DNA from: Gammaproteobacteria bacterium
Lineage (GTDB): Bacteria > Pseudomonadota > Gammaproteobacteria > Ga0077536
Length of the DNA stretch: 64,000 nt
Assembly: GCA_963662545.2 (NCBI GenBank)
Contig: CAXXLL010000002.1
Span: forward strand, 704,001-768,000
Direction of reading: 5' to 3'
Shown here in pieces: positions 10,752-21,920 of the stretch. A program made the translations under genes and the position numbers. The notes beneath the pieces were generated by a model that saw nothing but the letters and a program-made list of their open reading frames with translations, was not told the origin of the DNA and made no database searches. The first letter of the stretch is position 1; each line of letters starts with the position of its first letter.

Positions 10752-10951
10752 GGTCGTCAGCGGTCCCCTAGTCGCAGTGCAGCAATGTTAATCGTCACGT
10801 CTGCAATACACTCATAAGCGGTCTTCTAGTAGCGTTCGACGGCGGGATTATTGTGGACGGCGGCTCTCAGCCGAGGACGTGGCGGGAAAGTCGTGCTACC
10901 GGACCTTTCCGTCCGTTGTCCGGCAGACAAGCGAAGCGCCCGGCTGGAACT

Positions 10952-12433
10952 CTACCACTGCAGTAGGTTGTCCCGCATCATCGGGCCGATATACTCTTTC
11001 CGGTAACGCCCGCGGCGCTGCATCTCCGGCACTACCATGTCCGCAATATCTACCCAGCATTGTGGAGAAGCGGTAGAGACCAACATAAAGCCGTCGGCGC
11101 CGCCCTCATCCATATAGTATTCCATCTGATCAGCTACATCCTTCGCCGTGCCGACAGCATGGGGCATGCACAAGCTGGCGCCATATATCTTGGCGCCTTC
11201 TCGCAGGGTGACCGGCACGCCATCTTTGAGCTGGCTCATCGCATCCATTACGCCCTGGATCCCCGGGACCTCGATGTTCTTAACGTCATCGTCTAAATCG
11301 AACTCGGAGAAGTCCACCATCATGTGGCCCGACATAATGGTCAAGGCCGCTTCGAGAGGCAGATGAGACTTTATGAACTCCCACTTCTCCTGCGCTCTCT
11401 CGCGGGTGATATCGACGACGGTTTGAAGACCGTATATGAGCTTCACGCTACCTGGCGGCCGGCCGAATTTTCCCAGGCGGTTATTGAGATCCGCGGAGTA
11501 CGCCCTCATCGTGTTTATCGTGGGTAAGATAGCGAAGATCGCCTCTGCGTGCTTGGCCGCGAAATCGCGCCCGCGATCAGATGAGCCGGCCTGCCAGAGT
11601 ACCGGATAAACCTGCGGCGATCGGTAAGCGATTGGCCGCCCATGACACTTGTAATACTTGCCTTTGTGGTTGACCGTATGAACCTTCGCCGGATCAGCGA
11701 AGATGCCGCTCTCCCGATCCCGAACGATGGCGTCGGGCTCCCATGCGTCCCAGAGCTTATAGCAGACGTCCAGGTACTCATCGAGCATGTCATAGCGGTC
11801 GCCGCGCGGTACGTAATCCCGTCCATATGCGTCAAATTCGCACTTGTTGAAGGAGGCGACGATATTCCATGCGACACGGCCCCCTGATAGGTGATCCATG
11901 GTCGATAGCCTGCGTGCCATCGAATAGGGGTGTTCAAAGGCGTTCGAGAGCGTGACCCCGATGCCTAAGTGCTTGGTGGCGCAGGCGACGATCGGCACCA
12001 GGGTGCCCGGCTCATGGACGGGGCATTGGACGCCCCACTTCACGGTCGCGTCTGAACTTCCCTCGTAGGTATCGTAGGGGGCGAGCACGTCAGCAATGAA
12101 CATTGCATCGAATAGCCCACGCTCCATCACTTGCGCTGCGACCTGCCAGTAATCGGGCCGGCTAAGGGGTAGATTAGCCCTGTCCCCAGGGAGACGCCAC
12201 ATACTTGGGCAGTGATGTGCGGCGATGGCATGTTGAAGGAATCCTACGAAGTGCGCTATTTTTTTCTTCCCTTTTATCTCGCGGCCCGTTTTGACGCCAG
12301 GTGTGGTCAGCAGGCTGCTCTCGTTGCGAAGCCTTGTAGCCTCTTCCTTTCGTGTTGCGTCCCGTGGTGTTTTCAGGCCAGTGGTGGCCTGGCGACTGGT
12401 CTTCTTTGCCACTACACCCTCCCGATTCTTCAA
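10952..12433 (-). CDS. LLM-class flavin-dependent monooxygenase (NtaA/DszA/SnaA family)
   Basis: ERGLFDAMFIAD, DHLSGGRVAWNIV, HKGKYY, PVLWQAGSSDRGRDFAAKHAE. Confidence 0.93.
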   Translation of the reverse strand: MKNREGVVAKKTSRQATTGLKTPRDATRKEEATRLRNESSLLTTPGVKTGREIKGKKKIAHFVGFLQHAIAAHHCPSMWRLPGDRANLPLSRPDYWQVAAQVMERGLFDAMFIADVLAPYDTYEGSSDATVKWGVQCPVHEPGTLVPIVACATKHLGIGVTLSNAFEHPYSMARRLSTMDHLSGGRVAWNIVASFNKCEFDAYGRDYVPRGDRYDMLDEYLDVCYKLWDAWEPDAIVRDRESGIFADPAKVHTVNHKGKYYKCHGRPIAYRSPQVYPVLWQAGSSDRGRDFAAKHAEAIFAILPTINTMRAYSADLNNRLGKFGRPPGSVKLIYGLQTVVDITRERAQEKWEFIKSHLPLEAALTIMSGHMMVDFSEFDLDDDVKNIEVPGIQGVMDAMSQLKDGVPVTLREGAKIYGASLCMPHAVGTAKDVADQMEYYMDEGGADGFMLVSTASPQCWVDIADMVVPEMQRRGRYRKEYIGPMMRDNLLQW

Positions 12434-12571
12434 TTACATGACCCTATGCAAGCCAATCTACTATCGCAGTAGGTTGTCTCGTGGTGACGACCCATTGTAC
12501 TCATGCGATTGAATGGTCTCGCAGTGGGATTTTGAGTGTCATGACTTCCAAGGCCTGATTCTTGCGCACGA

Positions 12572-12716
12572 TGATCGCAAAGTGGTCGTCAGCGGCCTCG
12601 TCGCGGCATCGCCGCACTGCTAAGGTTTACGTCAGCAATGCGCTTGAAAGCGGTCGTTCGGCGGCGTTCAGTGGGGCGTTAAGCGAGGACTTCGGCTCCC
12701 GGGCAAGAGCGGTCGC
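12572..12716 (+). repeat. Multi-hairpin repeat copy R5
   Basis: ggtcgtcagcggcctcgtcgcggcatcgccgcactgctaaggtttacgtcagcaatgcgcttgaaagcggtcg. Confidence 0.88.
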
Positions 12717-12792
12717 CCGCGCGCGAAACCCGTCGGAAATTTCCGTGGGTATACAGCGGTCCATCCGACATAATCGGTTAACCGATTATGAG

Positions 12793-13854
12793 TCAGCGCA
12801 TGCGGGCGATCACGGCGTTGGCAAACTCGTTGCACATCTCGTACTGACGGTCCGCTTGAGCGATGAAGTTGATGCCGGTCAGACCCTGGGCCTCGAGCTC
12901 GGTTAGCTGCTCGACGATGTCACCGGGCTGACCGGCGATGCAGAAGGCGCGGATGATCTCAGGGGTTACGAACCGTGCCTCGGCCGGGTCAAGGTGGCCG
13001 TAGTGGCTGTGGTGAGCTTCGGTAAACGACCGATCGGCGTCGCGTTCCTCGCGGAACGCCACGTACTCCTCCCAGATCGACCCGGCGTAGGCGGGCGGCT
13101 CGGCGCCGACCTCGCGGTAGCGGTCGTACATGAAGTGAATATTCACCATGATTGACGACCCGACTTCACCGAGCACTCGGTCGGACTGTAGCGTTTCACC
13201 GCGTCGCAAAAGCAAGAGGTTCACGAGAGCGTAGGTCTCGAAGTCGTCCATCGAGCGGCCCGATCGGTCGGCGCCGATCTTCACATTTACCAGGGCATCC
13301 GGAATGGATCCACCCCGCGGAATGGAGGTGATCAGACCCTCGCCGTACTCTCCCGCCAAGGCTTGTGCTAATGGACCGAACCCGCCGACGTGGATCGGTA
13401 TCGGATTGTCGAGGTTAATGTGTCCCAGCTCGAGGCTCTGGAACGCGATGTCTTCGCTGATACCGTTTGCCTCAAAGGTCACGGTCTCACCCGAGAGTAG
13501 GCCTCGAATTACCTGGAGATGGGCCTCAAACGTCGCGATTCGCATCGGTAACTGTCCCATCGCCCGCATTGCAGTGTTGCCGGTGCCGACTCCCAGGAAA
13601 GTCCGCCCTGGAGCGATCGCATTAATCGTGGCGATCGCGTTCGCCGTAACCGGTGCCATCGACAGGGCGGGGACGGCAACGCCAGGTCCGACAGCGATGC
13701 GGCTCGTCCTATCGGCTACGAGTGCAAGCAGCGCCCAGACGTTCGAGCGAATCATCGGGCTGTCCCACACCCAGCAGAAGTCGTAGCCCACTTGCTCGGC
13801 TCGGACGACGAGATCGACCTCCTTGATCTGGCTGACGGTGATTCCGAACTTCAC
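12793..13854 (-). CDS. LLM-class (Mer-like) flavin/F420-dependent oxidoreductase
   Basis: AEQVGYDFCWVWDS, TSRIAVGPGV, PGRTFLGVGTG, IPIHVGGFGP. Confidence 0.9.
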   Translation of the reverse strand: MKFGITVSQIKEVDLVVRAEQVGYDFCWVWDSPMIRSNVWALLALVADRTSRIAVGPGVAVPALSMAPVTANAIATINAIAPGRTFLGVGTGNTAMRAMGQLPMRIATFEAHLQVIRGLLSGETVTFEANGISEDIAFQSLELGHINLDNPIPIHVGGFGPLAQALAGEYGEGLITSIPRGGSIPDALVNVKIGADRSGRSMDDFETYALVNLLLLRRGETLQSDRVLGEVGSSIMVNIHFMYDRYREVGAEPPAYAGSIWEEYVAFREERDADRSFTEAHHSHYGHLDPAEARFVTPEIIRAFCIAGQPGDIVEQLTELEAQGLTGINFIAQADRQYEMCNEFANAVIARMR

Positions 13855-13987
13855 GCGATTTCTCCTTGAACTGGCTTGCCCGGAACGGTTTCATTAGCAA
13901 CTATAAGAAGAACAAAGCCAAATATCGAATGGCCGGAACGGGTTGCGGATTCAACCGGTCGATGTAACACATTGGCTAAAACGCTGC

Positions 13988-14152
13988 GCCGGTGTTACCA
14001 AGGCACGGTGCTTGCTGTTGGGCGCGAACACGCCATGACAAATTCATCAGGAGTGAATTTGGACGCACGCAGTGCGCCCGTAGGGCGCGCGCCAGGGATG
14101 GCGCGCATCCAACCTTGTCAGGTTCACTCTGGGCTTGGGCACCAGCGCCACC
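13988..14152 (-). pseudogene. IS91/ISCR transposase remnant carrying a palindromic insert
   Basis: Near-identical to 19880-19980 (ALVPKPRVNLTR..HGVFAPNSKHRALVTP). Confidence 0.85.
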
Positions 14153-14434
14153 AAGCAGGCGCTCAAGCTGTATCCGTGGATCTGCGGGCGTTGTTCGCGC
14201 GAGTTCACCCACGCCAATCTGCACGAGTTGACCGTCCATCATCGCGACCACGATCACGACAATAACCCGCCGGACGGCAGCAACTGGGAACTGCTATGCC
14301 TTTACTGCCACGATAACGAGCACCAGCGGATGGTCGCAGAGCACGGAGCGCCTGAGCAATCGGCCGACGCCAAGGACGACAGCGCGACGCATCGGCCGTT
14401 TCCCGGACTCGACGAGATATTAAAGCGCGACTAA
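14153..14434 (+). pseudogene. yajD: YajD-family HNH nuclease, 5' end replaced by the ISCR remnant
   Basis: QALKLYPWICGRCSREF..LTVHHRDHDHDNNPPDGSNWELLCLYCHDNEH; no native start. Confidence 0.75.
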
Positions 14435-14579
14435 GCGGCTTTTATAGACGCCTGCTCCTTCGCTTTTTCGACTCACTCCGGTTCATGCCCGGGTTTGACC
14501 CGGCATGGAATGGTCGTCATGTCGACCACGCCCTGTTCCTTGTCCTGAAAATCTTCAGTGTCCGGCACCAGCAGGGCGT

Positions 14580-14745
14580 CGGCGTGCAGCCACAAGGCCG
14601 CATCTTTGACATGCGCGTTCGGACGTGGATCCAGCACGATCATCTTTGCACCGCGATCCAGTGCGCGGGTCAGGCGCCCCCACATCGCGCTCCAGTTCTG
14701 CCGTGTCGGCACGTGGCCGCCGAGCATGTTGGAGTCTACGATCCG
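14580..14745 (-). pseudogene. Molybdopterin oxidoreductase internal fragment
   Basis: RALDRGAKMIVLDPR...AALWL motif only. Confidence 0.5.
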
Positions 14746-14788
14746 GCGGTTCGTGTTCGTAAGCTGATCGCGGAGATTATTAAAGTCT

Positions 14789-16225
14789 GTGCGTGTAAGA
14801 AAATTGAGTAGAATGCGCACCACCGCATGGCTGTGTGGCGGTCTATACAAGCTCACGATCTGCATCTCCATCCCGACAAAGCCCCACCTCTTGCTAGATA
14901 AAGAACGGTTCGACCGCATCCTGGCCCTCGCGTTGCCGATCGTCGGCGGCATGGTGTCCCAGAACATCTTCAACCTCGTCGATTCGGCGATGGTGAGCCG
15001 TTTGGAAAACAGCAACGCGGCGCTCGCAGCCGTCGGCGTAGCTGGTTTCACGCTGTTCGTCATGCAGGCCATCATCCTCGGTTTCTCGACCGGGGTGCAG
15101 GCCTCGGCCTCGCGCCGCAAAGGCCAGGGGCGCTTGAATGAGACGGCGTTGTTCCTCAATGCGGCGCTCATCATTGTCATGTTGGCCGCACCACTCTTGT
15201 CGCTCTTGGTGATCAATGGGGTGCCGGACGTTTTTCACTATATCAATGAAGATCCCGATGTCATCGCACTCGGGGTTCCTTACCTGCAGATCCGAGCGTT
15301 CGGAATCGTGTTCGTCGCGATGAACTTTTCGTTTCGCGGTTATTGGAACGCTGTCGATCTCACGCACGTGTATATGCGGACTTTGATCTCGATGCACGTG
15401 CTCAATATCGTGTTGAATTACATTCTCATTTTCGGCAACTTCGGCGCGCCGGCACTAGGTGTGCGTGGTGCCGCCATCGCGTCGGTGTCGGCGCTGGGTT
15501 TCGGCACCTTGATCTATTGTCTGTTTGGCCTGCGTTATGCGCGCGAGAACGGTTTTCTACGCGGCCTACCGCCGCGCGCGGATATCAAGACCTTGATTCG
15601 GCTATCCATTCCTCCGGGCATCCAGCAGATGTTTTTCGCGGCCGGATTTCTCGCGACCTACTGGATCATCGGAAAAGTCGGTACCGCAGAAGTCGCCGCT
15701 GCCAACGTGCTGCTCAACGTCATGCTGATCGCGATGTTGCCGGGCATGGGCCTTGGTCTGTCAGCGGCGACCCTGGTCGGACAGGCGCTCGGCCGTGAAG
15801 ATCCCAACGATGCGGCGCGATGGGGTTGGGACGTGGTCAAGGTCGCGATGATCGGCATGGGCGTACTGGCGTTGCCAATGATCTTTTTTCCGGAACAGCT
15901 CATCGCCTCTATCTACGAGTTGGAAGCCGCAACGCTCGAGCTAGCCCTATGGCCGTTGCGGTTGATCGGCCTCAGCATGATCTTCGAGGCGGCGGGCATG
16001 GTGCTTATGAACGCGTTGTTAGGTGCTGGGTATAACCGTCGCGTCATGGCGGTCTCCATTACGAATCAATGGTTGATCTTCCTGCCGCTCGCCTACCTCG
16101 TTGGGCCCGTGCTGGGATACGGCTTGACCGCTATCTATCTGGTACAGGTTATTTATCGCGCTTTTCAGGCGTTCGTCTTTTCAGGTTTCTGGCTAAAACG
16201 CAATTGGGCGGAGGTGAAGATCTGA
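14789..16225 (+). CDS. MATE-family efflux transporter (true start probably near 14890)
   Basis: ILALALPIV, LNYILIFGNFGAPALGVRGAAIAS, ATLVGQALG; many TM helices. Confidence 0.93.
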   Translation: MRVRKLSRMRTTAWLCGGLYKLTICISIPTKPHLLLDKERFDRILALALPIVGGMVSQNIFNLVDSAMVSRLENSNAALAAVGVAGFTLFVMQAIILGFSTGVQASASRRKGQGRLNETALFLNAALIIVMLAAPLLSLLVINGVPDVFHYINEDPDVIALGVPYLQIRAFGIVFVAMNFSFRGYWNAVDLTHVYMRTLISMHVLNIVLNYILIFGNFGAPALGVRGAAIASVSALGFGTLIYCLFGLRYARENGFLRGLPPRADIKTLIRLSIPPGIQQMFFAAGFLATYWIIGKVGTAEVAAANVLLNVMLIAMLPGMGLGLSAATLVGQALGREDPNDAARWGWDVVKVAMIGMGVLALPMIFFPEQLIASIYELEAATLELALWPLRLIGLSMIFEAAGMVLMNALLGAGYNRRVMAVSITNQWLIFLPLAYLVGPVLGYGLTAIYLVQVIYRAFQAFVFSGFWLKRNWAEVKI

Positions 16226-16247
16226 TATATAACTCGATCAAGCAAAG

Positions 16248-16314
16248 GATTCGCCCGCAAGCGGGCTCCTACGATTCGTGGTTTAACTCCCGTAGGAGCG
16301 CGCTTGCGCGCGAA
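16248..16314. repeat. Inverted pair of GTAG-type REP elements
   Basis: ttcgcccgcaagcgggctcctac ... gtaggagcgcgcttgcgcgcgaa; related partial copy near 4717. Confidence 0.7.
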
Positions 16315-16334
16315 GCCGAACTCAAGAAAACCTT

Positions 16335-16805
16335 ATGACAGGCCAGATCGACAAGCGCCTCGTAGAACTCGGTATCTCGCTTCCCCAAGCGCAAAAGCCC
16401 GTGGTCGCTAAAATCAAGGGTACGTCTATTATCGGCAACACGCTCTACGTATCCGGCATGATCCCGCAATGGGAGGGCGAGGTGCGTTACGTCGGCACGG
16501 TCGGCCGGGAATTCACCATCGAGGAAGGCCGCGCGGCAGCGCGTTTGAGCGCGCTCAACGTGCTGGCGCAAGCGCGCGTTGCACTGGATGGGGATCTCGA
16601 CCGCATCAAGCAGATCGCGAAGGTCTCGGGCTTCGTCAAATGCACACCTGACGTCATCGAAGTAGCAGCGGTGGTGAACGGGGCGTCGGAGCTTTTTATC
16701 GAGGTGTTCGCCCAGCGCGGAGAACACGCGCGGATCGCCGTGGGCGCAGCAACAATGCCGCTCGGCGTAGTGGTCGAGATCGAGGCGATCATGGAGATTG
16801 AGTGA
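16335..16805 (+). CDS. RidA/YjgF family protein
   Basis: LYVSGMIP, VVNGASEL, GEHARIAVG..PLGVVVEIE. Confidence 0.9.
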   Translation: MTGQIDKRLVELGISLPQAQKPVVAKIKGTSIIGNTLYVSGMIPQWEGEVRYVGTVGREFTIEEGRAAARLSALNVLAQARVALDGDLDRIKQIAKVSGFVKCTPDVIEVAAVVNGASELFIEVFAQRGEHARIAVGAATMPLGVVVEIEAIMEIE

Positions 16806-16872
16806 CGACGTCGCCGGCTCCTCTACTCTCTCATAAACCGCCACAGCGCCCACTATCGCCTTCAGATTGCCG

Positions 16873-17125
16873 CTAGTGCTGCGGCATCAGTCCGAAGTTG
16901 AACTCGAGCCTTGTAAAAGGCGTCTCTATTCCGTTTTGTTCCCCGAGCGCCCCATCGGTGCAGACCTTGAACTCACCAACCAATGATTCCTTAGTCGCGA
17001 ATACGGCATCTGAATCGAGATATTTATCACCCTTGACAAATACATGCGTCGTCAATGGCTACGTAACCGTCGGCATCGACAATGAAATGAATATGCGCGG
17101 GCCGGAAGACGTGACGTCCAGCCGC
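16873..17125 (-). pseudogene. Intradiol ring-cleavage dioxygenase C-terminal fragment
   Basis: RPAHIHFIV..GY..LTTHVFVKGDKYLDSDAVFATKESL. Confidence 0.75.
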
Positions 17126-17258
17126 GTTTAGCATGCGGGCGACCGGGCCGTTCTCAAGGTCGTTGCCCGATTATTCAGGTTGCGAGTGTTCACCGCTTGG
17201 CAGATTGGAACCAACTCCCAAACGATCGCGACTCCGTGAATGACATGTCGAGGTGGAG

Positions 17259-19170
17259 TTAATGTGGCAATGCCAGATCTCGGTACCATAGCTGCCGGGT
17301 CGTCGTAGCCCGGCTTGCAACTATCCAACGACCGTCTGGGGAGACTTGCGGCATTAGAAGATTACCTCGCATTGAATGCGTAAGCTTCTCGACCTTCCCG
17401 CCCGAGGCCGACACCCGAAAGAGCTGATATCGACCATCGATACGGCCCGAGAACACTATGGTGCGGCCGTCTGGAGACCAATCTAGACCAGTAAACGTCG
17501 TGCTGTTGAATTCTGCAATCTTACGCGTCTCCCGGCTTTCTAAATCAAGCAGAATTATCCGATGCACATCTCCGAGCGCCCAATCTTCAACCGCAATGAT
17601 GTCCGCTACGGGCGACCAATATTGCATGCGTGCATTCTCGATGTCGCCAGGCGTCCCGATCCATTCGACATTCTGCCTAGCGCCCGTCTCAGGGTCGATC
17701 GTTATAAGGACTAATTCGGTAACGAACGTCGGCCCACCCTGCCGCCAAGACGATAGGATAAAACGTCGACTGTCAGGCGCCCAATCCGCTAGACCAACCT
17801 CCCACAGCGTTGGCGGAGTCACATGGATCTCTTCCTCAATTCCCGCGCCTTCGCGCAGTAATGCGAGACCGTCGCGACAAATTTCCCCCCAGCCATGCAG
17901 GTAATGTGGCACCGAATGGTCGCAGCGATGCGTGTGATACAGCATCCATCGGCCGTCAGGCGACCACGCAGGCGTAAAGTCTTCGTGGTTGCCAACGATC
18001 AGCATCTCAGGTGGCGCGAGGACTCTCGCCTGAGTATCAACCTTCACCGCGGCAACGTCGTATAACATGGCGCTGTCGATCACTCGATTATCGCCAATCG
18101 TGTAGGCAATGCGTTTTCCATCGGGTGACCAGTAAGGCAATGATCCATTCTCAGCGACCAGCCGTGCGCGGCCACCGTTGAAGGGTACAACTACGATATC
18201 GTTCTCGAGAGCACTGCGGGTCCAATACAAAGACGTTCCTACGACGACGGGAGAAAAATCGTCGAACGGTGAATCGACGATTTTCTGAAGCGAACGGTTC
18301 GAGAGCTTGAACACGTATATATCAAGGTCCCTGTCGGGAGGATTTGGTACGTGCCGCGATTCGACCGATGGTTGTCCATCGCTCGCGAGGCTTAGATAAA
18401 TTAGTCCTCCAATCTTATCGACGCCGATTGAGGTTGAATTCGCGGCGGCGTCAAGTTCCCCTAGAAGCGGGGTAACCCGCCCCAGCGGAACATCAACCTC
18501 GACAAGCGACCCCAATCCAGTTTCAAAATCGTGTAGTACGACCGCAAGTGCGCGATCCGAAAGCCATTCAACTGCCACGATGCGACCATTCAGCTCGATC
18601 GTTTTGAGTGCTTCCGGCGTACCCACATTTAGGTGATTCCAGTCGGTGTGGCGTAGGAAGTAATGACCGGCACGAAAGAACGCGACCTGCGTTCTGCTTT
18701 CGTCCCAACGCTGTATGATGTTGCTGGGTAGCGACTCGATTGCCGCGGCGCCAGGAATATCCGTTTGCCAACCGTCGCCTGTGACCGGCACGAAAGAACG
18801 CGACCTGCGTTCTGCTTTCGTCCCAACGCTGTATGATGTTGCTGGGTAGCGACTCGATTGCCGCGGCGCCAGGAATATCCGTTTGCCAACCGTCGCCTGT
18901 ATCAAATGCGACGGTATCCTTCGATCCGACGAAGGCCGCAAATTGAGCGCCCTCGGGGATGCCGTCCAATAATCGGCCTGTCGCGAGGTCGACCATGCCG
19001 AACTGGGGCCCTCGTCCAAAGGTAGCCAGCTTTTCATCGGACGATACGGCCAGTTCAGTCGGATATGAGAATATCCAACCTCCGATCTGATCTTCATAAA
19101 TCAATCGGTCTGCGTTTGCGACTGCGCTGAAAATCATTGTGACTAGAGCGCCAGTCATCTTTCGTCGCAT
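17259..19170 (-). pseudogene. Secreted TolB-like/PD40 beta-propeller protein, frameshifted by a 118-bp tandem duplication
   Basis: Repeated WSPDG motifs; signal peptide MRRKMTGALVT; duplication 18664-18781 / 18782-18899. Confidence 0.8.
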
Positions 19171-19316
19171 CGCCGTGCGACCATTGTGTCGTTTGATAGG
19201 CATTATTAAAAGTCGGCCCCAACTACAGAAAAGGGAACGCACTTATTTCCTCCTTACCTTTTGAAGATATAGGGACGGACTAAAATAAATGCGTCCCCAG
19301 TGCCTCCGTCTTTTTC

Positions 19317-21400
19317 GAGTATAGGAAGCATAAACTCCGGTTCCCCAAGAATCCACCGCCTCTGAATAGCCGCCCACCCGACTCTTCGCCCTGCTCGCTG
19401 CACAATCTGCGCTGAATTCCACCACCAGTGCCTGAACTTTCCCCAGCTTTTCGCCCCTTTCCGTCCCATGCTTGCCTTCAAGCGAACAGCATCTCTGCCG
19501 CGCCGTCAAAGTTGCAGCAACTTGATTGGATTGGTTTATATTGCCGGTGTCAGCCGCACAGCTCTACCTGAGGCGGCGCCCTGCTTTGTGGCAACAACGC
19601 CGCCGGTTCCGGAGCCGGTTTTTCTTTCAGGTGAGTCAGTATCTTCTTGATCACCACCGGGTCTTCGATGCAGGCAATCACTTTGACGATGCCGCCGCAT
19701 TCACCGCAGGTCTCGATATCGATGTGGCCTACAGGGATGTAGGTCAGGGGCGTGAGCAGGACGCGGAAGCTTTGAAGACGCGCTTGAGTCGCGGTGCTTA
19801 AGGCTCATCGAAACCCGATGCGCGGCGGGCGTTGGCGGCTCATCTAATACTTTGGCCTTGTTGACTTTGCCGCGCTTCGCCGGTGTTACCAAGGCACGGT
19901 GCTTGCTGTTGGGCGCGCGCCAGGGATGGCGCGCATACAACCTTGTCAGGTTCACTCTGGGCTTGGGCACCAGCGCCACCCATCTTGCAATAAAGTATTC
20001 CGGGCATCCATGCCCGTCACCCCTTCGGGGCCAGCCTTCGGCTGTTCAAATTTGTTCCCGACAAATTTGTCCAGGGGCTCGAAAATGCCGTGCAGGGATG
20101 CGCGGGACTGGCCACATGCGTGGTGCCGTCGCGATACGGGGTTTTCAACGCGTAACGCACTTTGCCCTGCGCGGTGAGCGACAGGCGCTTTTCGGATACC
20201 GCCGGCCGGGTGATGTAGCGGCACAGGCGTTCCAACTTGTCCCGTTCATGGGCCTTGGCGGTGACGCCGGCGTGCAGGGAAAAACCGGCGACATTGCCGG
20301 GCGCCTCGCCATAGTGCTCTTCGGGGTCGCAGACGGGCAGGGTTTGCAAGGTGAATACTTTGCGCCCAGCATTTGGTCCCACAGCAATGCGGTAGGTAGC
20401 CGCTCTCGCGCGTCCCTGCGCTTCGCGGCATTCGTGCTTCCCTGCACATCATGGAATGCCCTTGCAGCTGTTCCATTGGCCCCATTTCCACGGCGTCCGC
20501 GGCGAGATAACTGTTTTCGATGTCACGTTCCAGTAAGCCCTGACGCTCGAGACAAATTTGCCAGGAGCAAATTTGGACGCACGAAGTGCGCCCGAAGGGG
20601 GCGCGCCAAGGACGGCACGCATCAAAGCGGCCGATGCCCTGGGCGATGGTGTGGACCAGTTGGGTGAGTTCGGCGCTTGTGGGCGCCTTCACCCAGCGGA
20701 ACTTGCCGCCGTCAACATACACCCGTCGAGGAACAGCATATGACAAATCGGCAGGACAGCCGATTTGCACAACCGGAGGTTGCCCCGCAAGGGTGGCACA
20801 CAGGGATGTGCGCCATGCAAATGGATATTCAGGTTGACCGCCGACCCGAAGCGCTGAATGAGTGTGACGGCATCAGCGCAAGCCGTGGTTTTTGTGTAAC
20901 CGGCTTTCCGGGTCAGATGCGTGGCGATGGTGCGGTAGACGATGCCCAGCACACGACTCATGACGTCTGGGCGACTGGCAAATAGAAAGCGTAGCGGGAA
21001 CGGTACGCTGAGCACCCACTGGCGCATCGGCTGTTCGGGCAAAACCTCATCCACCAACAAGGCGGCGCTTTGCGCCATGCGCCGTGTCCCGCAACTGGGG
21101 CAAAAGCCACGCCGTTTGCAGCTGAACGCCACCCGGCGTTCAGCATGGCAGGTGTCACAACGCACCCGTAGGAAGCCGTGCTCGCGGCGCCCGCATTTGA
21201 GGTACTCGTCGAACTCGCGCTCGACATACCCCGGCAATGTCGTTCCCTGAGCCGCCAAGTGGCCCTGGAACGCGGGATAATGCTCTTCAACAAGCTGGTA
21301 AAGGAGGGTGCGTTCCGGGCGATGGCGTTCGTAGACCGACGCAACAACCCCCGCACTGGCTTCCCTGCCAGCAGGCAACGGCAACATATTCGCATCCTTG
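19317..21400 (-). mobile_element. IS91/ISCR-type rolling-circle element, decayed
   Basis: oriIS-like end gagtataggaagcataaac at 19317, downstream of a Y2 HUH transposase. Confidence 0.85.
19550..21387 (-). pseudogene. IS91-family (Y2 HUH) transposase, disrupted
   Basis: YERHRPERTLLY, AFSCKRRGFCPSCG, QRFGSAVNLNIH, LCRYITRP, IACIEDPVVIKKIL; seven inserts and frameshifts. Confidence 0.9.
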
Positions 21401-21654
21401 CGAAATCGTCTTGAAGGTTAGCCTAACAGACCCCCTTCATCGTCGTCGCGGGCATTAGCCGATTTGGAGATCGCGTTAGGTAATGTATTTCTCTGTGATC
21501 TCTGTGGTTTTATTTTATTGTGCCGCTCCGTAGTACGTCTGCGTATCCATTCATGCCTTAAGATCCTGCCTACGATTCCCGACTAAATGCCAATCCGGTC
21601 GGCCATTTCCAAGAGATATTTGAGGTCTCCGCGCGTGCTGGCCTGCTCATCACC

Positions 21655-21709
21655 AGGGTGGGTCAGTTTTCAACCGGCCAGGTGGGCCAGTTTTCAACCG
21701 GCGTTGACA
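21655..21709. mobile_element. IS21-like terminal remnant
   Basis: Tandem gtgggYcagttttcaaccggc repeats ending gttgaca. Confidence 0.6.
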
Positions 21710-21792
21710 CGTGTTAGCGCCGGGCCGACCGAGACCCGACGCGCCGCCTGACAAAAAGCCCGACTCGTACGCTTGACCATGACTTTCTCATC

Positions 21793-21875
21793 GCTGACGG
21801 ACCCGGACGATGGCGACGAGCGGCCGTGGCAGCCATGGTGGGGTACAACGTGCAGACGGTCGACACGAAGAGTCG
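21793..21875 (+). pseudogene. Degenerate internal IS1182 transposase fragment
   Basis: Matches the reverse complement of ~9920-10010 (TDPDA..GYNVQT..DTKS). Confidence 0.7.
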
Positions 21876-21920
21876 CTCGGGTCCAAAAAAATCAATAACG
21901 TGGATAATGCAGCGCAACAA

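Larger units (their letters stand above)
9052..10880 (+). repeat. Multi-hairpin repeat copy R4, split by IS1182 (halves 9052-9066 and 10752-10880)
   Basis: ggaccgcttcgggtc|IS|ggtcgtcagcggtcccctagtcgcagtgcagcaatg..cacgtctgcaatacactcataagcggtc. Confidence 0.88.

Noticed and set aside
13930-13972. IS30-like terminal sequence
   Set aside because: Single short end with no partner or transposase; too weak to call
19254-19481. Short ORF suggesting a RAYT C-terminus
   Set aside because: Overlaps the oriIS-like end of the ISCR element; better explained as non-coding terminus
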